Positions 24,301 through 35,545 of a DNA stretch of 64,000 nt are shown piece by piece. The position numbers and the translations under genes were made by a program. The stretch comes from Takakia lepidozioides (taxonomy: Eukaryota; Plantae; Bryophyta), in NCBI GenBank assembly GCA_030704615.1, contig CM060734.1, forward strand, positions 16,120,001-16,184,000, read 5' to 3'. Position 1 is the first letter of the stretch. Each line of letters starts with the position of its first letter. The notes under the pieces are model-generated. The model was not told the origin of the DNA and searched no databases. It saw nothing but the letters and a program-made list of their open reading frames with translations.

Positions 24301-24938
24301 ACTTCCCACCGTTCCGAATGTGTCTTCAATGTCTGCTTCATTCATTCTATTCCACTGCAGGTGCTTCTTACCACGCTTGCAAGGCCAGTGCGCGACATCT
24401 CTTTGGGATTGAAGGGGATGCTGAGATTTACAAGAACCTCCTGATGGGTTTGGGTGGACACACTTCTCAAGTCCTTCCGAAGCCCCGTCCCGCTGATACT
24501 GATACAGAGGAGACTTCTGACAAGGAGCTGGACTCCGACTTTGCCTGTGAGTAAGTTCAACCTGTGCATGCTTGCATTGTTGTTTCAATATCGAGAATCG
24601 CTGTTCTTGAGGCAAAGTGCACATGGGAGACATCCTCTTTGTTGGACTTGTGCATTGCATCATTGTGTTAAAAATGGGGTTTTGTGGACATGTGCAGGAG
24701 TCCGCGTGCTTCCACTTGCCCTCCAGGGCTATCACACCTATTTGGACTTGTTTGCAGTCCTCCTCGGTCTTGCGTGCTACCTGTCTATGCGGAGGCACTC
24801 GCAGCAAGCATGTCCGTTCATGGCACTCCGAGTCCACCTTACGACGGCCTTCGTAGAACACGTGGTGTTGGGGCCAGAATCTTTGTAGATGACATAGCAC
24901 AGGAGGTGGACACTGATTGTGATGACTGCGACACTTGA
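18388..24938 (+). CDS. Multi-exon gene: acidic/NLS-like N-terminus, ParB/Srx-like domain, helical region, beta-class N6A/N4C DNA methyltransferase fold (~1056-1115 aa)
   Basis: Exons 18388-18633, 20827-21422, 21518-21710, 21815-22255, 22375-22598, 22740-23391, 23494-23832, 23959-24244, then 24361-24554 (stop) or 24361-24550 + 24758-24938. All introns are GT..CAG, phases match, no internal stops. Motifs: VWDGNHRLLAW and AMNDVNR (ParB-like); ELIILDIPDG, FLSDAGVLVLI and ERSPAFIQTIVECCTYTDARVLDLSMGTG-ASYHACKASARHLFGIEGDAEIY (amino-MTase motifs IV, VI, X-I-II-III in beta order). Confidence 0.85.
18729..20760. repeat. Tandem array of ~17 40-bp palindromes (CAGCTCAAACAGTGTGCG-N4-CGCACACTGTTTGAGCTG), ~114-bp period, in predicted intron 1
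   Basis: Palindromes start near 18729 (degenerate), 18947, 19062, 19174, 19290, 19404, 19516, 19632, 19751, 19866, 19980, 20094, 20208, 20320, 20432, 20606 and 20720. Linkers of ~74 bp fall into three related types. Confidence 0.95.
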
Positions 24939-25301
24939 TATGAAGTTTTCTTTTGGTTTAATTCTGGGCCAAATTTGAAATGGGATGGTTGTGTGTCCTT
25001 GTTGTCCTGTTTGCAATGTGTGCGTGGAATTCACATTCATGGTTACAAACTATTGTTGGAGATGGGGGTTGCATGGACTGCCTGGATTGTTCCTTCAATC
25101 TATTTGGTGTTTTGTGGACCTCACAGACTTGAGTACATTGCGAAAACAAACAAACCACTTTGGTTCGTGTAGAGCATTCTCGCATCATTTGCTAGTTGGT
25201 CCCCAAACTATTCCTGCTAGAAGAATGGTTGGTGAATCCATCACGGTGAAGTCCACCTCATCAAAAACTGTTCAGGCATTCTCAATTCTACCCACATCAA
25301 C

Positions 25302-25449
25302 CCGCGGAAATAGGTGACACCACTCGGAAATAGGTGACATCCGCGGAAATAGGCACTGTTTGCATGCTGACGTGGCGTGAGCCTGTGCTGGGCTCACGCT
25401 TTCCTGGGCTCACAGGCTCACGCCTCCGGGCTCACGGAATAGCACCCCC
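25302..25449 (-). repeat. Right terminus: 3x CGGAAATAGG(TGACA) tandem, GCTCACG motif cluster, terminal ACCCCC
   Basis: Reverse complement reads GGGGGTGCTATTCCGTGAGCCCGGAGGCGTGAGCCTGTGAGCCCAGGAAAGCGTGAGCCC, the same motif as the left end. Confidence 0.75.
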
Positions 25450-25949
25450 NNNNNNNNNNNNNNNNNNNNNNNNNNNNNNNNNNNNNNNNNNNNNNNNNNN
25501 NNNNNNNNNNNNNNNNNNNNNNNNNNNNNNNNNNNNNNNNNNNNNNNNNNNNNNNNNNNNNNNNNNNNNNNNNNNNNNNNNNNNNNNNNNNNNNNNNNNN
25601 NNNNNNNNNNNNNNNNNNNNNNNNNNNNNNNNNNNNNNNNNNNNNNNNNNNNNNNNNNNNNNNNNNNNNNNNNNNNNNNNNNNNNNNNNNNNNNNNNNNN
25701 NNNNNNNNNNNNNNNNNNNNNNNNNNNNNNNNNNNNNNNNNNNNNNNNNNNNNNNNNNNNNNNNNNNNNNNNNNNNNNNNNNNNNNNNNNNNNNNNNNNN
25801 NNNNNNNNNNNNNNNNNNNNNNNNNNNNNNNNNNNNNNNNNNNNNNNNNNNNNNNNNNNNNNNNNNNNNNNNNNNNNNNNNNNNNNNNNNNNNNNNNNNN
25901 NNNNNNNNNNNNNNNNNNNNNNNNNNNNNNNNNNNNNNNNNNNNNNNNN
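25450..25949. other. Assembly gap (500 N)
   Basis: Run of N. Confidence 1.
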
Positions 25950-28565
25950 GGAAGCAGGACCTTCAGAGAGGGAGGAAGAAGTTACTTCTGCTCACAACCA
26001 ACACACACCCGCCACTTGAACGACTTGTCACAAGGTCACAAGTTTATCCATGCAGCTCAACCCAAATAATAGATTTGGAAAGTGAAGGATAGATATCCAC
26101 CACAAACAGATAGTGGCGGAAATAGAGAAAGGGGACCTTCTCTATGAATATTCTGGTCTGGTCAAGCAGACAGAAATCCCAGAGGTGCAACAGTTGCCCA
26201 AGAGAATCCTTAGGTACATATAATGCACACACCTGTGTCGGAGGTACCACAGGCGGAAGGCCATGACACTGTAGTACCGGTCATAAATGATAGTTTCAGG
26301 AAGAAAATCCGGTGGGACAATGGTCTGAATGGTTAGTGAGACATCATACTGTTGAAGATCGGGAGGAACAGCAGCAACAACCTCACCATGATACCCTCAA
26401 CAGGCAATGCTGATGAATTCCATAGGCAGGACACTTAATTTGTTGGGACTTATGTCAAAACCCATGTTCCAATTACCCAATTGACAACTTGAAAGAAGAA
26501 CTCAGGAAGGAGTTTGAGGCTCGACTTGCCACTGAGTGTTCAAACAAGGTCGATGAAGAGGTCACTCTCAGATGAAGCAGGACTTGGCAATACAGAAATG
26601 GCTTTGCAATTGGCCAAGCAACAATTGATTGAGGCAGGCCTCGCTCAAGACCAGTTGCACGAAGCACATAAGCAACAGCTATAAAACCAAATGCAGGTGC
26701 AGCATGAAAGCAAGTTTGCAAGAACTGAATGCACTACATACGGAGTTGCAGACAGTGCATAACAGGATGGCGATACAATGCGCTACATTTACAACTATGC
26801 TTGACCAATCAACAAAAAAAATAAACAGTCAAGCAGAAAATGTACGAAGGCAGAAGAAGAGAATGTGGAGCACATGAGCTCATTGTCGATCGAAAATACA
26901 ATCTGTCGCATGAAGATACTTTCAAGCAATACAGGCAGATGGAAGCTGAGAATGAGAAATCAATCGTGGAGTTGCAACAAACCATCGTGGCCAATAGAAA
27001 TGAAATCGCGGTCATAACAAGGCTTCGAAAGAAGCCAATAATCTACTTGCTGCCTATGCGCAATTGGTTTGAGCCACAGCAAAGCGCATGAAGGCTTTAC
27101 AACAGCAGTTGGAATTGTATAAGCTAAGAGAGGAGCAAACTCTCAGGGGAACCACAAGCAGCTTGGTGGATAACAGCCTTATGCAGGTCTGGTTAGCACA
27201 AGGGCCAGTAGAGGGCAAAAGCCCACGGAAGCTCACCCAAAGCGAGATGAATGAGCTCAGACTGCAGGTGCAGAACATTGCCACAACTACTATAGACAAT
27301 GTCTATAGTAGGATAGCAGAGTTACAAGAGGATGTAGACGGACTCCAGACTCAAGTGGAAGACCTCACTTCAACATCGACCAAAGAGTCTATATCCCTCA
27401 GGAACAGCTAATGGCTTCTTATTTGCAAGCCAAAACTCTGGCTTTTCAGTCTTCACAGGAGGTGCAGGAGATGCAATGGTACAGGAACCAGTACCACCAC
27501 CACCACAACAGGTCAGTGTACCAGTAGCTGAACCTGTGGTTACTACAACCACACCACAGCCACCACAGCCGGAGGTATGGGGCAATGCAGCTTTTAACCC
27601 ACCTAAAACTCCAGCTGCCAGGGAGTACAGTAGGGCTATGATTATGCCCTTCAACCAAATTCCCATCATGTTGGATTTGGCTTGGAAAGAATTTAGTCCT
27701 CCGCAGTCATTCGCACATTACTACCAAATCATGCGTATCTGGCTGCCAGTGGCAACCAGGACTAAAGTTCTTCCAAACAATCGACATATTGAAGATCATC
27801 ACTTTGCACAATACTGGCACGAGGCAGGTACCATGTTGAGGGAATTGGTTGCTTTCCAGGTTGTACATGGACTCATTTATACCAAGACCAAGGAGATAGC
27901 AAGTATTGTCATGGGGTGCGGGCTATACTATGCTGCTGTTTCCTGATACGTTACCACATAGAGCAACAAAAGATGCAAGCACGCTTTCAAAGTTACTCCA
28001 GTGGAGATCATTGGGTATTACCTTCGGTGCCACCTCATATGTACCTATATGACCCAAAAGTTATGATACAAAAGGATTCTCAAATTCATTCATGGTTTCA
28101 AGCAGCCTGCAACAATTTGTCAACACAGAAATTCGGACTTGATGACATTTTCTATAAGGGACATATCGCATGGAAATACTTGCACGCGGCACCAGTAATT
28201 GGTACCCCACTCATCTGGACAGACAAGGAGCTCAGTGTCTACACCAATTTTGCTGTTCAACGGTTACACCAGGTTGTAAAATGCAAACTTCCAGACATGG
28301 TAGGACAGCATTGTATGCCCCAGATGATTCCACAAAAAGTTCGAAAATTAAAACACCTGAGAGGCGATGAGGATTCTGATACAACTGTTTCTTCACAAAA
28401 TTCTTTTGACATGGGAGAAGACTATGCAATTCAGATGGAAGAGAAGAAACAAAGGGAATCTCCTATGCCTGAAAGATTACCTCGATATCAACCTCCAGAA
28501 GGCCTCACTTATCCAGGTAGTGATCAACCATCTCCATCAACCAGAGACAGACCTCGGGCTCGTAC
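25950..28565 (+). pseudogene. Family B copy 2: extra 3' ORF, heavily frameshifted near the gap and interrupted by the chromovirus
   Basis: Homologous to 8270-8577 plus 10935-13225 (QVQNIATTTIDNVYSRIAELQEDV, WKEFSPPQS, GDEDSDTT). Confidence 0.9.
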
Positions 28566-29291
28566 TGTCGCGGCCCTTTGCCTTGAGAGCAGGGGGGTCG
28601 GGACACATGAGGGGCTGCCCCTGTGGTGGGGGCAGCGGCAGCGATAGGTATGGGGGGCTGAAGCACCCTTAAGTGCCCAAGGCACTCAAGGAGGCGGAGG
28701 CGCTCACTAGGTGGAGCCCCGCACACCGGGTTGCGGTGGAGGTGGCTCCACAAGGGGTGGTGGTAGCTTAGTGGGACTTAGTGGGGGGTGGCATAGGACT
28801 CACCATGGGGTGGAGACCTCGAGGTGGGAGTCGTGGGGAGTCTTGGGACTCATCACGGTCCATTGGGGCCGCGGTGAGTGGGCCAAGACTCACCGCGACT
28901 CACCACCGGGAGTCGAGGGTTTTCGTGGTGGTTCGCCATAAAATGGCATGGCTGGTTATGAAACCCCCGCGGACAGCTACAGAAGTATATATAGGGAGTA
29001 GTAACCCCGAGAACGGTGCAAGCCCGTTGGTGACCAAAAACTAGTGAGTAAGCGAGCGAGCCGGAAAGCGACCAAAGAGTGGGGAGCTGTTCCGGACTGC
29101 CATCTACCAAAGGGAATTCTCCTAGTCCCAAATAGGTGGAGGGTTTAGAGGGAAGCGGAAGGGGACCGTTATGTCCCGGTGAGCAGCCGAAACTCCAAGT
29201 TGGCCCGGCGGCCAGGTTGGGAGTCAGGCGCGCGCATCAAAGCGAGTAACTATGACTTGAAGGGGAGTTTACCGAATTGAGGTGTGCGACA
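28566..29291 (+). repeat. 5' LTR
   Basis: TG..CA with 6-bp terminal IR. Differs from the 3' LTR by about one indel and one substitution on visual comparison. Confidence 0.96.
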
Positions 29292-29293
29292 CT

Positions 29294-29305
29294 TGGTATC
29301 AGAGC
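29294..29305 (+). promoter_or_regulatory. Primer binding site complementary to tRNA-iMet
   Basis: TGGTATCAGAGC, 2 nt after the 5' LTR. Confidence 0.95.
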
Positions 29306-29346
29306 TTAGAGTTCAGTACGCGATCGTCCTTGGGATTGGCCTCATC

Positions 29347-32300
29347 ATGGGGTCGGGCAAGCCGAAGCGAAAGCGGAACGGCCCAAAAGATGATGATCCC
29401 GGTGAGCCCGATGGGGGCGACGTGTCACCGAGGCGGCCGTTTGAGGAAGCGATTAATGTTTCCGAAAACGAGGCCGCTCAGGAGCGGGAGGAATCCGAGG
29501 AGTCGGAGCCCGAGGAATCTTTGAGAGCTCCGACAAACCAAGAGATGCCTCCCATGCCGGCAGCCTTTTGGGAAGGGTTGTTGGCGCAGTTTGGCGGGAC
29601 GTTGAAAGACGTGTTGAAGGCGGCTAATGCCACTCCCACCAAGGCAAAGTTTAAGGTGAAGCCTAAGGAACCCGGCACCTTCGAGGGCGTTCGAAACCGG
29701 AAGGCACTCAACACCTGGCTCCTGGAGCTAGAGCAGTACTTCCGGGCGGCCAAGTTGAGTGACGAGGATCGGGTGGAAGTGGCTCCCACCTATTTGAGGG
29801 GCTATGCTCAACAATGGTGGCAGAAACGCCTTCACGACCGAGGCCCAAGCCCGGAAACCTTGAACTGGAGTGAGTTCAAGGAATTGATGAAGAGACAGTT
29901 TGTGCCCCTCAACGCATCCTGGCTTGCCCGGGACAAGATGAGGAATTTGAAGCAAACAGATGACATTCGGGGGTATGTCCAGGCTTTCAATGTGCTGTTG
30001 CTCGAAGTCGCGGACATGGCAGAACCAGAAATGGTCTTCAACTTTGTGGCGGGACTGGCCCCATGGGCTAGGCGGAAGTTGGAGGAGAAGCCACCCAAGA
30101 CTTTGAACGAGGCAATTGAGAGAGCTGAATGTTTCTCGGATGTCCCTAGGGGTGAGAGACAAGGCCGTACGGAGCTGAACCACAAGAAGACCCGGCGGGA
30201 AGGTGACTCCTCCCGACCGGAAAAGAAGTGGGATAGGCCACGCGGCGAAAATGGCACGTGGAAATCGAAGGGAGGTCCTTCACACGTCAAGGCGGCACCC
30301 GGTGCTTCGAAAGGAAAAGCGGGTGGAGCGACTTATGGCGGACAGAAGGCGACCTTTGATGGAGTGTGTTTCAATTGCGGGGAGCCCGGGCACATGGCCA
30401 AGAAGTGCACGAAGCCCCGGCAATTGAACATGACTCGGGCGACCACGGAGCTGTCGGAAGATACCATCAGTCGCTTGGTGGAAGCGGTGGTCGCCAGGAC
30501 TTGCAAGGTAGGCAAATTTTCTTGTGAGTTGTATCAGGAAACTGGCGCCTTACGAAAAGGGAGTCAGTTATTGTTCGTGGATGGGATAATATCCGGAACT
30601 AATGTGTCGTTGTTGGTGGACACAGGAGCGTCGCACTCCTTCATGACGCCGGCGGCGGCGCGAAAGTTGGGACTCCCGACAAGTGACGTGGGGGCCTCTA
30701 TTGAGGTGCGCTCTGCCAAAGGAGAACCTCAGTTGGCGACAAGGTTGGCGTTTGATGTTCCTCTTCAACTGGGGAGTTGGGAGGGACGTGAGAACTTCAC
30801 TATCTGCGAGATCGATGGAGTGGATCTCATTTTGGGAATGACCTTTTTGAGCAAATCCGGAGCGGTCATAGATGGCCGCAAGAGAGTAGTCACGCTGCCA
30901 TGTGGGAATGGTGGCGAGGTTTTACGAGTGTCGGAAACGCCCAAATCCGTGGGAGGGCGAATAAACCTTCTATCAGCAAAGGAGTGGGCCGTGGAGGAGA
31001 CACACGAGTCCCAGTTTTTGCTTTACATTAGAGAAGTGAAAGGAGAAGGCGATGGGGAGCCGAGCCCAGATTGGATCAAGGGGATTTTGGAGAAATACCA
31101 GGATGTGATGCCGGAGGATTTACCAAGCGGCTTGCCACCGCGAAGAGGAGTTGACCACAAAATTGAGGTGATACCGGGATCGGAACCGCCTGCCAAGGCG
31201 CCCTACCGGTTGAGCCACAAAGAGTTGGTCGAGCTGAAGACTCAGCTCAAAGATCTAATGTCAAAGGGGTACATCCGGCCGAGTAAGTCACCTTACGGAG
31301 CCCCGGTGCTATTTGCAGACAAGAAGGATGGGACGCTGCGGATGTGTGTCGATTACAGGGCTCTGAATAAGGTGACTATCAAAAACCGGTACCCTTTGCC
31401 AAGGATCGACGACCTTTTCGATCGGTTGGCAGGAGCGAAGTATTTCAGCCGGATCGACTTGCGCTCCGGCTATCACCAAATTCGGGTGGCGGAAGGAGAT
31501 GAGGAGAAGACCGCGTGCAGGACAAGGTATGGTTCATATGAGTTCTTGGTGATGCCTTTTGGGCTCACCAATGCACCAGCGACATTTAGCACGCTGATGA
31601 ACAGCCTTTTCCAGGAGTGGTTGGATGACTTTGTGATCGTGTACATCGACGACATCTTGGTGTACTCGAAAACAAAGGAGGAGCACCTGGAGCACCTAAA
31701 AGGGTGTTCCAAAAATTGCGAGAAGGGAAGCTGTATGCCAAAGCTTCAAAGTGCGAATTCGGGGTCACAAAAGTGGAGTTCTTGGGGCACGTGATTACAC
31801 AGGATGGGATCAAAATGGATGACAGAAAGGTGAGGGCGATCTTGGACTGGGAGCCTCCGACTTCGGTCCCGGGAGTGCGATCCTTCCTAGGACTCGCCTC
31901 CTATTACCGGAAGTATGTGAGAAATTTCGCCAAGATCGCGGGGCCGCTGTCGGACCTTCTGTGTAAATCCAAAGTCTGGGTATGGAACACATTTTGTGGC
32001 CAAGCTTTTGCTGAATTGAAGCAGCGGATGACGGAAGCTCCAGTCTTAAAAATCCCGGAGTTCGATCGTCCGTTTGAGATTCATACAGATGCATCGGACT
32101 TCGCAATTGGGGGTGTACTTATGCAAGATGGACGTCCAGTGGCTTACGAAAGTAAGAAACTGAATGAAGTGGAGCGACGGTGGCCGACGCACGAAAAAGA
32201 GATGAAGGCGGTGGTACATTGCCTTGAACTCTGGCGCCACTATGTTGGTTCCAACCCAGTGAAGGTGTTCACGGACAATGTCACGGTGAAGTATTTTGCC

Positions 32301-33908
32301 ACGCAGCCCAAGTTGTCCCCAAAACAACTTAGGTGGCAAGATACTTTGGCAGTGTTCGACGTGGATATCCAGTACAAACCGGGACGGGACAATGTGGTGG
32401 CCGATGCTTTAAGTAGAAAGCAGCAGCTCTTGTTGGTGTACAAGGGCGAGACGGCGCTCCAAAGGAAGATCCGGAAGGCTTGCCGGAAGGATGAGCTGGC
32501 AAAGTGCGTGATGCAGAACTTGAGAATGGGGGTTAAATCGCAGTTCCACTTGCAAAACGGACTGCTCCGGTATAAGCAAAAACGTCTCTATGTGCCAAAG
32601 GGAGGGATCAGGGATAGTCTCTTGAGAGAATGCCATGATAGCCCGCTTGCGGGCCACGGTGGAGCCAAGCGCACTGCGGCACTCTTGAAGAAAGAGTATT
32701 TCTGGCCCAAACTGAGGGAGGAGGCAGAGGAGTATGTTAAGACATGCACCACATGCCAACAAAACCGGAGCGAGTATAAAAAGCAAGCGGGGCTGTTACA
32801 ACCCTTGCCGATTCCAGAGGGGACTTGGGAAAGCGTCTCGATGGATTTCATGACTGCTATGCCGCTGTCAAAAGGATTCGATGCAATCATGGTGGTGGTA
32901 GATAGGTTCAGTAAAATGGCCCATTTCATCCCCACCAAGGAGACGGCAACTGCGCAGGAGACAGGGCGACTTTACTTCGCCCACGTCTTAAAGCATCATG
33001 GAGTCCCGAAGGATATTGTCTCGGACCGCGATCCAAAGTTTACGAGTAAATTCTGGAGAGCACTTTGGAAGAAGATGGGGACGAGGCTGAAGATGAGCAC
33101 CGCCTTCCGACCTACGACGGACGGCCAAACGGAAAGAGTGAATTCCGTAGTGAAGCAATTCTTGCGGAATTACGTGTCGGCAGACCAATCAGACTGGATG
33201 GAACACTTAGACGCGGCAGAGTTCTGTTATAATAACACAGAACACTCCGCGACGGGAGTTTCCCCTTTTGTGTTGGTCTATGGAAAAGCACCTCTGGTGC
33301 CGACAAGTTGGGCCGCCCAGGACGTTGAGGAACCGGCAGTAGCGGCGGTACTGGAAGAACGCGAGCGTTTGTTGAAGCTCGCAAAGTACAACATTGCCAA
33401 AGCTAGGAAACGGTATGAAAGGCAGGCGAATCGGAAGCGGAGGGAAGTGAAGTTTGAGGCAGGCACAGAGGTCTGGTTGAACATCAAGAATTTTCGACTA
33501 CCTCCGGAAATGAGTCCGAAGTTCGTACCTCCGTATGCGGGTCCCTTTCGCATTCGGAGGGTTATGAATGAGGATGTGTATGAATTGGAGCTGCCAGCAA
33601 ACAGCAAGGTGCACCCAGTATTCCATGTCTCCCTTTTGAAGCCTTACTTCAAAGATGAAGCACGTCCGAATCGGCAGCAAGTGTTGCGTCCGCCACCTAT
33701 GCTGTTGGATCATGAAAATGAACCCGAGTACGAGGTGGAGGCAATACTTAAGTCGAGGAGGTTCAAGAACCGAGAAACGGAGTATCTCGTCAAATGGAAG
33801 GGCTATCATCTTGTGGAGGCATCTTGGGTGCGTGCCTCAGAAATGGGAAACGCATCCGAGGCAGTTGCAGCGTTCGAAGGGCGACCTCAAAAGCGGAAGA
33901 AGCGTTGA
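29347..33908 (+). CDS. gag-pol: Gag-Pol polyprotein (Gag, CCHC, protease, RT, RNase H, integrase, chromodomain) with a single frameshift at ~31700
   Basis: [14 protein letters not shown]; [10 protein letters not shown]; YIDDILVYS; TDASDFAIG; H..PLAGH..CTTCQ; [16 protein letters not shown]; YAGPF; [24 protein letters not shown]. Confidence 0.95.
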
Positions 33909-34813
33909 TGGGGACATCAACCTTGGAGCGTGGGGGAGGAAATGCATGCTTAGCCCGGTTTAGCTAGCTCAGGAATCCGATTGCAAAACTTGTATTGTAC
34001 AAAAATTTGTGATAAAGGAAATGGGTTCCAAATATTGTGCGTCCTATTGTGTTTGGAATGGTGATGCATGGTGTGGTTGGCTGGTGTGTAGAATGCATGC
34101 TAGCTTACAAAAGTGGGAGAGGTAAATTGGGTTAATCGTGTGTTTGCGCAGTGCCGAAATCGGGTGACTCCCATCCAAGGGGCAAGGAAACTTGCGCCTT
34201 ATTTGGGAGTTCAAGTGCTAGTGCGCACCTGGCGCGTGCGCGTACTATAACTGCGCTACCGAGGGGGTTGCCTTGTAGTGCGGGCTAACGCGGAAGCTAC
34301 GTGCTTCCGTTCACGTACTATAATCGTGTAGCCTCGGGACGAAGTCGTAGTGCGGCTTCGGCGTGTTCCCGTACCTCAGGCCAGCATTCCAAGGCGGACC
34401 CAATTGTAGTGATTGGGGCGCACGGTTGGTTCAAGGTTATCTTCCTAGTCAAAGAGGGTTCCAGGTGAACCCTTGCTCAAGGTGATGCCAAAAGCGGCAT
34501 CATGAGCGATCGCAAGCAATGTTGTTGCAGTAAGGCGATTCGATCCTCGGGGAGGATCGTTCCTTGGCCTTGAAGTAGGCCAAGAAGAGTGCACTGGGAG
34601 GAGCTGGAGAGGCTCCACCCTTGGCCGGGACTTGGAGGAAGTCGGCCGAACTAGCTAGTGGAGAGTGGAGTCAAGTGTGGGGTTTGGTTCTTTGCCATGG
34701 GACGCCATGGTACGGAAACAAACTCCTTGATGTGGGACGCCACAACTTGGATGTTCGTTTCTACAAAATGGACAAGTCGATGAGGACATCGACTCCCTGT
34801 TGGTAGGGGTGTG

Positions 34814-35540
34814 TGTCGCGGCCCTTTGCCTTGAGAGGCAGGGGGGTCGGGACACATGAGGGGCTGCCCCTGTGGTGGGGGCAGCGGCAGCGATAGGTAT
34901 GGGGGGCTGAAGCACCCTTAAGTGCCCAAGGCACCCAAGGAGGCGGAGGCGCTCACTAGGTGGAGCCCCGCACACCGGGTTGCGGTGGAGGTGGCTCCAC
35001 AAGGGGTGGTGGTAGCTTAGTGGGACTTAGTGGGGGGTGGCATAGGACTCACCATGGGGTGGAGACCTCGAGGTGGGAGTCGTGGGGAGTCTTGGGACTC
35101 ATCACGGTCCATTGGGGCCGCGGTGAGTGGGCCAAGACTCACCGCGACTCACCACCGGGAGTCGAGGGTTTTCGTGGTGGTTCGCCATAAAATGGCATGG
35201 CTGGTTATGAAACCCCCGCGGACAGCTACAGAAGTATATATAGGGAGTAGTAACCCCGAGAACGGTGCAAGCCCGTTGGTGACCAAAAACTAGTGAGTAA
35301 GCGAGCGAGCCGGAAAGCGACCAAAGAGTGGGGAGCTGTTCCGGACTGCCATCTACCAAAGGGAATTCTCCTAGTCCCAAATAGGTGGAGGGTTTAGAGG
35401 GAAGCGGAAGGGGACCGTTATGTCCCGGTGAGCAGCCGAAACTCCAAGTTGGCCCGGCGGCCAGGTTGGGAGTCAGGCGCGCGCATCAAAGCGAGTAACT
35501 ATGACTTGAAGGGGAGTTTACCGAATTGAGGTGTGCGACA
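34814..35540 (+). repeat. 3' LTR
   Basis: Near-identical to 28566-29291, preceded by a G-rich PPT-like GGTAGGGGTGTG. Confidence 0.96.
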
Positions 35541-35545
35541 CGTAC

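Larger units (their letters stand above)
13462..25449 (-). mobile_element. ~12-kb Mutator-like (MULE) DNA transposon carrying a ParB-methyltransferase cargo gene and a palindrome array
   Basis: Interrupts the family B LTR at a G-run. Both ends read GGGGGT inward followed by clustered CGTGAGC motifs. Contains a MULE/SWIM transposase. The right end abuts the N gap, so the TSD cannot be seen. Confidence 0.8.
28566..35540 (+). mobile_element. Full-length chromovirus (Ty3/Gypsy) LTR retrotransposon, recent insertion
   Basis: Two ~726-bp LTRs (TGTCGC..GCGACA), 5-bp TSD CGTAC (28561-28565 and 35541-35545), PBS, and gag-pol with a chromodomain. Confidence 0.97.

Noticed and set aside
20827-24554. 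Bacterial or phage contamination explaining the ParB and MTase motifs
   Set aside because: The motifs are split by canonical spliceosomal introns and sit inside a eukaryotic transposon contiguous with plant-type retroelements.
25334-26092. 252-aa ORF in the ORF track
   Set aside because: Artefact of reading through the 500-N gap.
29294-29305. tRNA gene
   Set aside because: Only the 12-nt primer binding site; no cloverleaf.
31690-31710. Programmed ribosomal frameshift in the chromovirus
   Set aside because: It lies inside RT just after YIDD, not at a gag/pol boundary. One extra A restores the frame, so it is a mutation or sequencing error.
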